64,000 bases of DNA from Candidatus Latescibacterota bacterium (GTDB lineage Bacteria > Latescibacterota > UBA2968 > UBA8231), in assembly GCA_963422735.1 (NCBI GenBank), contig OY730476.1, forward strand, positions 3,392,001 through 3,456,000, given 5' to 3'. Each line of letters begins with the position of its first letter. Within the stretch, counting starts at the first letter, position 1. The translations under genes and the position numbers were made by a program. Below are positions 55,437 through 64,000 of this stretch, in pieces. The notes beneath the pieces were generated by a model that was not told the DNA's origin, did no database searches, and saw only the letters and a program-made list of their open reading frames with translations.

Positions 55437-57928
55437 TCAAGCGCTAGGTCGATGGACGTTCAGTTGGAGTGCGTAGGTGTCGGTATCGCCATCGGCATCG
55501 CGCACCGTCCAGCGAATCCCACATCGTCCGGCTGCCCTCGGCGTTCCACTGACCGACGAGGCTGTAACCGTTAAGCCGACGCAGGAGCCGCTGACGGAGT
55601 AGCGCAACGATCCGTTTCCGCCGCTGGCCGACGGCCGACTAAAACTGAAGTACTGTCCGACGATGGCTCCTCTGGACGTGCCCGACGAAGCGAACGTAGG
55701 CGTGGTATCGGCAGCGACGGAGATTTGCAGTGCGTAAGTGTCGTCGTCGCCGTCGGTATCCCGTACCGTCCACGTAATCCCGCATTGTCCGGCTGCCCTC
55801 GGCTGTCCACTGACCGACGAGGCTGTAACCGTTAAGCCGGCGCAAGAGCCGCTGACCGAGTACGTCAACGGCGCGTTGCCACCTTTGGCCGACGGCCGGG
55901 TGAAACTGAAATACTGGCCTATGATGGCGTCCTTGGACATGCGCGACGAGGTGAACACCGGTACGAGATCCTCATCGGCGTCGCGCAACGTCACCGTCGC
56001 CTGCGAGGGCCTACCGACCGTTACCCCCGAAGGCAGCAGCGTCCCAAACGACAGCGTTACGGTCTCGTCGGCGCTATCGTCGTCCTCGTTGGCTGTCAGC
56101 GTAAACGACTGCGACGACGAGCCAGCCGCAAACGACAACCACACCGTCCCATCTTTCAGACCCGCCACCGCGTAGTCGCCCGCTTCGGTGCCCGCATCCG
56201 CCGACACTTGCACCGGAATATGCACCGCCTGCGACGGCACCGGCGACAGCGACACCGTGATCAAGACCCCAGCACCCCCTTCGGTCACCTTATACGAGGC
56301 CGACCCAAACGACACCACTGAGGACCGCTGAGGCGGGGCCATGTCGATGTCCACTGTCATCATGTCGGTGGCGCGATCGTAGGTTATGTTGGTAAGTGCC
56401 AAGTCCAAGCGGTTCGGGTCCCGGTTTCTGCCGAGGCTGGGAGATGTTCCATTGCTTTTAATGCTATGATTGGTTGCTTGACGCAAACCGACTTGGCCTG
56501 TCAAGGCATTGACCGCCGTGACCTTATCCCGCCCGGGAAACGGATCGGAGAGCATGTCTTGGTATTCTTGTGTGCTCGGACGTTGCTGCTTGTCCCGAGC
56601 GTCTCGGTAGCGCCTTTCGTCGGCGACGATCAGAATAGGTCGCTCTTCCCCTCGAAACTCTCGACGCCAAATCATCAAGCCTTGCCCTTCGTTGCCCGGT
56701 GCGGCGTAGTCGTAGAACGCGAGGTAGCGTCCGCCAAACGGCTGCGTCGTGCGGCGATTGAGTAGATAGGAAACCCCGCCGCGGTCAATCCGATGCGTCG
56801 TCCCCGCCGCGATGGCGTAGTCATCCTGACTGCCAAGGATCTCGGTCGGCGTGAGCCAGCCGAGGTCCATCCGATAGAAGGGATTGATCGGATTGGGACA
56901 GGAACGGTAGCCTACATAGTAGCCGTCGTCTTCCGATCTCGGCCCCTGTTCGCCCCCACCTTGCATCAACGTCCACCCCAGCATGTTGGCTCCCCTCGCA
57001 TTGGTATAGCCCGCCGTGCCCGGCACGTAGCGATTATCTGTTGCAACCCAACTCCCCTCACCATGCTCAAGCCCTAGCAGATGGCCGATTTCATGGGCGT
57101 GCGTGCCGATCCCGGCGAACTCGTCGATGTCATAGTCGTTGTTGCCCCAGCCTTGGCGCTCACCCATCACGTAGCGGTAGCCGACGCTTTCGGGAAACCG
57201 TGCCTTTGGAATGGACGATGTAGTCGCATCCACTTGCGGATGCAGCAGACCGTAGTTGTCATAGGTGGCCCCTGAATACAGGTAAACTACCTTATGACGC
57301 AAGCGGCGAGCGGTGTCATAAGAGTTATTAGGGAGGTCGTACTCATTCGTGTGCGGATACCACCCATCCACCGCGGCCTGCGCCGCCGCATACGCGTCGT
57401 CCCAGAACCAGTCCCCCATGAGTCTGGTTGAGCCACCTGGCCGCTGAGTCATATCATTTATCTTAATCTCGGCATAATGGGCCTTGGTTTCCGGCAGTTC
57501 CACCCAGCGGGGATAGCCTTGATCATCGGCCGGATTGATCATGCGCACATGCAGTTGGAACACCCCGTTGGACACCGAATCGTAGTACGCCCGCACACTG
57601 CCGAACACCTCCGGCAGCGTATGGCCTTGGTGCCGACAAAATCCGGCAGGCCGTCATAGCCGCCGCTGAACAGCCGCTCAAAATCGCGCAGCGTATAACT
57701 GGAATCAGGGTCAGGATACGCTCCGCCGTCATTGGATCCGTGAGGCCGGTCCTGGAGGTGATAGTCGTATCCGTCCGCTGACGTGGTCGCATCTTGGAAG
57801 GTGACCAGCACCACATCCAGCGTACAGGGCGAAACCCAACTAAGAGCCGAACCGCGCGCCTCGACCGCAGACATACCGAGCGTCTGTATCAGGACGATAG
57901 CGAGGAATGCGTATATAGAGTGCATCAC
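55437..57928 (-). pseudogene. secreted M6-like metalloprotease with Calx-beta and two Ig-like repeats, frameshifted near 57610-57635
   Basis: Signal peptide ORF 57928-57539 out of frame with 57608-55437; GSVRAYY..S, HEIGHLLG, R.DLGW. Confidence 0.8.
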
Positions 57929-58077
57929 TGAGCCTCCTCCTTGATCTGACCCCAGGACAACGACGAGGTGCTCGTGGGGGTCAACAGGTCTTCATACTCC
58001 ACCGTGCGTCCTCCTAAGACCGCCCGGCGGAGGAATGTGAGGTTTTTGAATATTCTCTCATGCCCCCAGCTCAGCCC

Positions 58078-58734
58078 TCAACCACATCCGTTGCAACCGT
58101 AGCTCTTGACAAACGCACAGTTCTGACCTACTGGCTCAGTATGAAAGTAGAACGAATAAAAACCCACAGGGTCGGAAAACACTCTCGTCGTAACCAAGGT
58201 GTCTCCGCCGTAGGTCAAGGTGAAGAGGCTTTTGAGGTCGGAGCCGTCTGGATAATCGAGGTGATCAAGTCCGCTGGTCAAGACGGTGTAGCCGGCGGCG
58301 TCAGCCCCGTCGAAGCGAAACATAGACTGCTCGCCATCGGCGGTGCGCTCCATCAGGTGCGTCCCCTCCCAGCGTAGCTTCTTGCCGGCGATGAAATGCG
58401 GCGGGGCCGGCGGCCAGTTGGCCGGCATGTCGCTGATCACGTAATACGTCTTGCCGTCGATGACCTCCGTGCGCAATACCTCTATGGTGAAGAGGGGGAA
58501 ATTGGAAGATTTATCGAGGGGTGCCTCTAGAAAGTACACGGGATATAGGGAGATAAGTCTGTCCTCAAAACCAAAAGGACCCTGGTTATCGTAAGAATGG
58601 CGGTAGGTCCACGAGTTGCCCACGGCCAATGGCAGGTAATCGGCCACCTCGTCGTCGGTGGCGGCGGCTGGCTGCACTCCGCTCAGGCTGAGCAGCACCG
58701 CTAAGATCAAGCAAGTCCTCTTTTTCGCTTCCAT
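58078..58734 (-). CDS. secreted hypothetical protein
   Basis: AAGGAG RBS, signal peptide, YLPLAVGNSWTY motif. Confidence 0.7.
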   Translation of the reverse strand: MEAKKRTCLILAVLLSLSGVQPAAATDDEVADYLPLAVGNSWTYRHSYDNQGPFGFEDRLISLYPVYFLEAPLDKSSNFPLFTIEVLRTEVIDGKTYYVISDMPANWPPAPPHFIAGKKLRWEGTHLMERTADGEQSMFRFDGADAAGYTVLTSGLDHLDYPDGSDLKSLFTLTYGGDTLVTTRVFSDPVGFYSFYFHTEPVGQNCAFVKSYGCNGCG

Positions 58735-59360
58735 GATAGGTCTCCTTGGTGAGCGATGAGAAATCCGTTCCAGCGGCGAGGAGCCGACCCGAGACGGAAT
58801 GGGAAGGGTACTCAACGACAATACCCCTATGTCGTGCGGCCTCCTTTTCCGCACCGGCTTCGACTTCGACGATAGATAAGCATCTTCCGTGCCAACGAGT
58901 AGGCTACGCACCAAAAAAGTCTTCCCAAGTACCCTAAAGAATTGAAAAACAGGAATTTAAAAAGGTAGGAGGAATTCTCCTACGCTTCGTTGAGCCGCCG
59001 TCGTTGCTCGGTATATGAACCACCTTTTGCTCCTATCAAACCACCTTCTGTTCCCTTGCACCACGTTTTGTGCATTTCGTGCCAGCTATCCGACCGCACA
59101 CACAAAAATCCTTTAGGAATGCCCTAAAGGATTGAAAAACGTGAATCTTACAAATGTAGAAGGGAGTTTTTCTACACTGCGCCGCTCAGCCGTTGGTGCT
59201 TGTCACTTGAACAACGTTTTGTGCATCGGGGCCGCGCTTCCCAAGCCGCTAAGACGACCACGCATTTCCCACGCGCTGACGTGACTGACATCTGACCATC
59301 GCCTTTTTTGGGCCGCTATTGATTCCCACAACCATCAACTGACACTGGGATGCACAAACC

Positions 59361-59531
59361 ATGACCGTTGAAGACCCCCTTTTTTATCTCAAGTTGCACG
59401 GATGGTGCCTCATCGAAAACGTCATCCCTGAAGCGGCAGTCAATGGGGTGCGGCAAAGTATCGAAGTCACCGCAGCCGGGTACGCCCGAATGCCAGCGTC
59501 TCGCCGAGGAACTCCGCCCTATTGCCCATAG
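59361..59531 (+). pseudogene. N-terminal remnant of a PhyH-family gene
   Basis: MTVEDPLFYLKLHGWCLIENVIPEAAVNGVR resembles the GY/WxxIxxV start of PhyH proteins; stops after 56 aa. Confidence 0.55.
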
Positions 59532-59648
59532 AGGTCTATCGGGCGTTGCCCGAAGATGCGAAACCGCTGTTGCACCATTGGGTGCGGCCATAGCCCTGTA
59601 GAACGGGGACGTGCCCAGGCGTTGGTGCTTCTTGAGCCTAATGAGTAG

Positions 59649-59770
59649 GAGATGCTTCGCCTCCACTCCGTTGCGGCTCAGCATGACAGACCGAGAGCTG
59701 CCCACTTTAGTCATGCTGAGCGGAGTGCAACGGAGGTCACGCCTAACGGCGCGGTGAAGCGAAGTATCTC
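59649..59770. repeat. REP-like inverted-repeat element
   Basis: GAGATGCTTCG..CTCAGCATGAC (59649-59687) vs GTCATGCTGAG..CGAAGTATCTC (59710-59770). Confidence 0.75.
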
Positions 59771-59793
59771 ATACCAGCACGACAGGCCGGGAG

Positions 59794-61713
59794 TTACATG
59801 TTCGTCAGCCAGCGCCCTTTTTCCGCGGTCAGCGCATAGATCGCGCCCCATACCCCCGAGACGGAAACCTCGCCCAAAATCAACCCCAGAAAGAACGGCT
59901 TGGCGTTCTGGAACAGGCGCACGCCGCCAAAGCGGACGATGACCAGCTTCAGGAGCCAAGCAATCAGGGCCGAGAACCAGATTTGACTCGTCAGCCAGCC
60001 CACGGCAATGGCAAAGCCAACCGGGTGCAAGGGCCACCAAAACCACCGGTGCTGCGCCCATATTAGAAAGCCCTCCACAGCCGCGCCAATCCCCTTGAAG
60101 AGCCAGCCGCGCATGTTGGCCTCGGGCATGTTGAGGATGGTCGGGCCGATGTAGGGCCAGCCGTGGGCACCAGCCCAGTCGATCAGCGACAGATTAATCG
60201 CTCCATAGGTATAGGCTAGCGTCAAAGTCATGTAAGCCGCGGCCAAAAGGCTGCACACCAGTGCCAGCATCAGGCCCCAAAACAGCCGCGTCTTGGGGCC
60301 GGGGATCAGCTCGGCAAGTTTGAGGCCGTTGGCGCAGGCGACCATTGGCGAGGTGCGCGATTCGCCCTGCCAAATAAAGGTGAAGTTGAGGGCGACCAAG
60401 CCCTTGGCCCCGAGGACTGAGGTGCCCAAACCCGAAATGATGAAGTACGCCGGGACAATGGGGCTGCGGGCGGTGGCTACGCCGCCGGTGGCCACTACGC
60501 GCGCGACCAAGATGAAGAAGAGCAGACTAACGATGAGCAGGAGCGGGAGCATCCCAATGGGCACCCCCGAACGCCAGAGCCAAACGGCGACGAAGAGTAA
60601 GCTGCCCAAAAAGCCGACCAAGGCCGTGCGATAGCTGAGTAACTCCTCGCTGTCATCGACGCCGCCGTGCGGGTTCCAGAGTTTGCGTACGACTTCTTTG
60701 AGATGGGGCCGGGCGGTCCACAGTCCACATAGTACCAATACAATGACCGCACCGGTGGCTTGATGGGTCAGATCGGCTGGCTGCGAGTACTCGTACGCGC
60801 TCAGGCGCTCGGTGCTGGCGATGCCCAAAGTCTTGAAGACCCCCTCCTCTACCTTGGAGAAGACATAAAAAAACCAGATGCTAAACGCGATCTCCAGATT
60901 GACCAAGTAGAAGAAGCCGACCCAAGCTAGGTTGAGCGCAATCGGCAGGTGCAAGGTCTGATTGAGGAGGGAAAAACGGCCACTGGGGCGGTATTCGGGC
61001 ACGAGTGGGAAGTAGTGGTTGAGGGCGTTGAGACTGAGCAGGATAAAAGGCACGGCAAACCCCAGCCACATTCGCTGATCCTTAAAAAAAGAAGCCACGC
61101 ACACATTGGCGTCTTTCTCAATCATGTTCTGCGGTAGCTGGACCATGGGATAGGTCAGCCGCTCGTGCATTGACCACTGGCGGTGGAGGATGGCACTCAG
61201 GCAGATCAGCATGAAGCTCATGGCCACGATCAAGGCCAGCCAGTAGGCCATCGGCTCCACCCAGACGCCCCACGGGATGGCTTCGCCCTGCGGCAGACCC
61301 TCGTAGTAATTCTTGATGGCCTCAAAGTCCTGCGGCGCGATCCACGAGGGGATAAAGTCGTAGAACAGCTCGGCGTAGTTGTTTTCTGGGGTGGCGTAAT
61401 AGAAGGGATAGACAATGGTACCAATGAGGAAGAACATCAGGCCCCAAGTCGGCACAGTGACCGCCATCAGCAGCATGCAGTAAATCAGGACGAGATCGGC
61501 TTTGGACAGGGCGAAATGGCGGCCGATAAGGGCCACGAACCCATTGACGGCAAAAGTCAGGACAAAAAAGAGAAAGAGGGCACCCGGCGAAGAGGGATTG
61601 AAGCCGACCCAATAGTAATTGAATACGACCCCATACGGGGCGAGCAGCCCCACCGCTAGGGAGAGGGCTATGCCGGTTAGCAGTCCCTTGATGCTAAAAG
61701 GCGATTTGGGCAT
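59794..61713 (-). CDS. polytopic membrane protein (DUF6785-like, putative transporter)
   Basis: Many TM segments; RQW..ERLTYP, WWPLHPVG, PFFLGLILGE. Confidence 0.8.
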   Translation of the reverse strand: MPKSPFSIKGLLTGIALSLAVGLLAPYGVVFNYYWVGFNPSSPGALFLFFVLTFAVNGFVALIGRHFALSKADLVLIYCMLLMAVTVPTWGLMFFLIGTIVYPFYYATPENNYAELFYDFIPSWIAPQDFEAIKNYYEGLPQGEAIPWGVWVEPMAYWLALIVAMSFMLICLSAILHRQWSMHERLTYPMVQLPQNMIEKDANVCVASFFKDQRMWLGFAVPFILLSLNALNHYFPLVPEYRPSGRFSLLNQTLHLPIALNLAWVGFFYLVNLEIAFSIWFFYVFSKVEEGVFKTLGIASTERLSAYEYSQPADLTHQATGAVIVLVLCGLWTARPHLKEVVRKLWNPHGGVDDSEELLSYRTALVGFLGSLLFVAVWLWRSGVPIGMLPLLLIVSLLFFILVARVVATGGVATARSPIVPAYFIISGLGTSVLGAKGLVALNFTFIWQGESRTSPMVACANGLKLAELIPGPKTRLFWGLMLALVCSLLAAAYMTLTLAYTYGAINLSLIDWAGAHGWPYIGPTILNMPEANMRGWLFKGIGAAVEGFLIWAQHRWFWWPLHPVGFAIAVGWLTSQIWFSALIAWLLKLVIVRFGGVRLFQNAKPFFLGLILGEVSVSGVWGAIYALTAEKGRWLTNM

Positions 61714-61742
61714 GTCCGGGCCGGCGAGCTTAGTCGAGTACC

Positions 61743-62522
61743 CTACTCGGCGGCCGAGGCGGCCAAAAGCCCCCCATCCACCGGCAGGGACGCTCCGGTG
61801 ATGCAGCCGGCAGCCGGCGAGCAGAGGAAGACCACCGCTCGGCCAATGTCTTCGGGGGTTCCCGGACGACGTAGAGGGACTATCTCATGGTGCTGCTCCC
61901 CAAGGGGTGCTGGAGCGAGTTCGTTGAAGACGTGATCGGTGTCCATGTAGCCGGGCATGATGGCGTTGCAGCGGATTCCGTATTCGCCCAAGTCAACGGC
62001 CATGCTTTCGGTCAGGCGCAAGACGCCGGCTTTGGCGGTCCCGTAGGCCGTGTCGTTCTTCCACGCCCGACGCCCGTGTACCGAGGAGGTGCTGACGATG
62101 GCTCCCCCGTCGCCCTGCGCCACCATGGCGCACGCAGCTTGCTGCGAGCACAGGAAAAAACCCTTGAGGCCCACATCGAGGTTTTGATCCCAGTTTTCCT
62201 CGCTGAGTTCGAGGAAGTGCTCGCCCGTGCCGCCGTAGGGATTGTTGGCCAAGATGTCAATGCGGCCAAACCGTTCGAGAAAGGCCGCAAACATCGCCTC
62301 GACTTGGTCGCTAGCGGAAATATCGCCAGCGAAGAATTCGGCCTCCCGGCCCATGGCGCGGATCAGGCCTAGGGTTTTGCCGACATCCTCGTCGTCGTGC
62401 AAGTCGTTGATCCCCACGTCGCAGCCGGCTTCGGCTAAAGCGAGGGCAATGCCGCGGCCAATGCGGCGCTTGCCGCCGGTGACGAAGGCTTTCTTTCCGC
62501 GTAGCAAATAGGGGTCGGACAT
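61743..62522 (-). CDS. SDR family oxidoreductase
   Basis: TGGKRRIGRG, YGTAK, PG. Confidence 0.9.
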   Translation of the reverse strand: MSDPYLLRGKKAFVTGGKRRIGRGIALALAEAGCDVGINDLHDDEDVGKTLGLIRAMGREAEFFAGDISASDQVEAMFAAFLERFGRIDILANNPYGGTGEHFLELSEENWDQNLDVGLKGFFLCSQQAACAMVAQGDGGAIVSTSSVHGRRAWKNDTAYGTAKAGVLRLTESMAVDLGEYGIRCNAIMPGYMDTDHVFNELAPAPLGEQHHEIVPLRRPGTPEDIGRAVVFLCSPAAGCITGASLPVDGGLLAASAAE

Positions 62523-62537
62523 GGTGTGCTCCTTGGG

Positions 62538-63272
62538 TTAGACGATCTCGGGGTGTTCGTGTATCGAGGGAGTGGCCATAATGCGCTTTTGGCGTTCGGT
62601 CAGCTCGCCGTACTCTTCGAGGTTGTAAAACTCCTTGGCCCACGTCGAGTAGCCGGGGCTGTACTTATAGAGCAACGTGCGGCGCTGGTGCTCGGCGCAC
62701 CACGGCATGGTGCCGTGGATGAGGGCCTCGGTAAAGAACAAGGCATCCCCGGCCTTAGCTGTGGGTTGGACGACGTAATGCACATCGCGCTCAAAGAGCC
62801 TGACATTTTGGGGCAGGTTGCGAGAGTAATTGGTCTTGTGGCTGCCCGGCACGCAGGCAAAGCCGCCGTCGCCCGCATTGGCATCGGCGAGAAAAAAGGT
62901 CACCACGCTCAGGCCATTGCGCATCTGGCCGTCGCGGTAGCTGAACCAGTGGTCGGTATCTTGGCTGGGGCCGCCGTGGAGACCGCCCCGGGTATCGCCT
63001 CGGTTCATGATAATGGCGTAGTCGTGATCGATTCGGACTTTGGGGCCGATGAGTTCGATTAAGTAGGGCAGCATTTTGGGGTGGTCGATCAGGTTTTTAG
63101 TGGCTTGGCCCCAGTTGCTGGCCTTGTTCAGGTCGTTGCGGGGATGATTGTCCCAGCCGGCAAGGCGCCGGTCCACCAGCGCGTTGAGCTCGTCCAATTC
63201 CTGTGGGCTGAGGACGTCTTTGATGACCAGATAGCCCTCCAAGTCAAAGACGAATTTTTCTTCTTCGTTCAT
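62538..63272 (-). CDS. PhyH family dioxygenase
   Basis: EGYLVIKDVL, LHGG, GGFACVPGSHK, AGDALFFTEALIHG. Confidence 0.9.
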   Translation of the reverse strand: MNEEEKFVFDLEGYLVIKDVLSPQELDELNALVDRRLAGWDNHPRNDLNKASNWGQATKNLIDHPKMLPYLIELIGPKVRIDHDYAIIMNRGDTRGGLHGGPSQDTDHWFSYRDGQMRNGLSVVTFFLADANAGDGGFACVPGSHKTNYSRNLPQNVRLFERDVHYVVQPTAKAGDALFFTEALIHGTMPWCAEHQRRTLLYKYSPGYSTWAKEFYNLEEYGELTERQKRIMATPSIHEHPEIV

Positions 63273-63283
63273 GGCGTGCTCCT

Positions 63284-64000
63284 TTACGCGTAAATGCTCT
63301 GCATCTGATAGACGTCGAGCGAGAGCAACTCGGCACTCTGGCCCTGTGCGCGCAGCGAGACCCCGACGCTGTCGGCGCGGTCGGGATAGACCCGAGCCGC
63401 CACGCATTGCTGGTCGTTGGCAAATACTTCGACGACGCTCTTATCGACGAAAATCCGCAGCTTGAGCGTCTCGCCCGGAGTGAGGACGACCGGGGCGGTC
63501 TCCGGGGCGCGGGAGAGGACATCGGGCGCGACAGAAGAATACGAGGTGTCGAGCGAGATCAGACTCTGGTGAAGGTCGCTGCCAAAGACGCGGTTGCTGA
63601 AGCCCCGGTTTTTGAAAAAGGCGATGCGTGTGTACTCCTCCCTGCCGGGAGTGCGCAGGACGTTGAGTTCGACCATGGGTGCGTCTTTGGGATCGATTTC
63701 GGCGACGAGTTCCATGGCGTTGCCGCGGACCGCATCGAGGACGAGCTCTTCGTTGGCCGGGAGGGTGGTCTTGCCGACGCGCTGGTGGTCCCGCCGAAGC
63801 GACGCGAGGTCGCCAGCCGGCTCCATGGCCAGCTCGTCGCCGACGACAGTCAGCCGACGGGGCAAGGTCATAATTTGGTTCCAGCCCTTGGTCGGTTTGC
63901 CGGGGTTCATGTTGAAGATGGTCAAGACGCCGCCTTGGCCATCGGGAGTGGCCGAAGGGGCGTGGACGCCCGAGGGCACGGCCGCACCGAGGTTGAATTT
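63284..64000 (-). CDS. glycoside hydrolase family 32 protein, C-terminal part (runs off the window)
   Basis: MTLPRRL, LRIFVDKSVVEVFAN, ARVYP. Confidence 0.88.
   Translation of the reverse strand, partial: KFNLGAAVPSGVHAPSATPDGQGGVLTIFNMNPGKPTKGWNQIMTLPRRLTVVGDELAMEPAGDLASLRRDHQRVGKTTLPANEELVLDAVRGNAMELVAEIDPKDAPMVELNVLRTPGREEYTRIAFFKNRGFSNRVFGSDLHQSLISLDTSYSSVAPDVLSRAPETAPVVLTPGETLKLRIFVDKSVVEVFANDQQCVAARVYPDRADSVGVSLRAQGQSAELLSLDVYQMQSIYA

Noticed and set aside
59316-59714. 132-aa minus-strand ORF
   Set aside because: Built from the REP element and the antisense of the PhyH stump.

Overview
GC-rich bacterial chromosomal window. The gene content (several PhyH dioxygenases, SDR and Gfo/Idh/MocA oxidoreductases, FlgD-Ig/dockerin secreted proteins, double-length UvrA) resembles Latescibacterota/Gemmatimonadota/Poribacteria-like sponge symbionts, but this is inference. 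The main feature is a ~31.2 kb siphovirus-type prophage (2668-33872) integrated in tRNA-Val(GAC) and bounded by a 67-bp direct repeat. It carries HK97-like head genes, a GH108 lysis cassette inside the connector genes, tail genes with a broken tail-tip/His-collagen fibre junction, a moron block, a cI/cro switch, a replication block, xis and int. The moron block holds a secreted eukaryote-like LRR protein with a 72-bp mosaic repeat array, two toxin-antitoxin pairs and small coiled-coil membrane proteins. The replication block has a ParB-fold/HTH gene carrying a perfect palindrome both upstream and inside its ORF, a SF2 helicase, a hairpin-rich non-coding region and iteron-like repeats. The right half is host metabolism, cell-wall and repair genes plus several pseudogenes (rlmH, DNA MTase, M6 protease, PhyH fragment) and REP-like elements. 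All product calls come from motif recognition by eye; no database searches were run.
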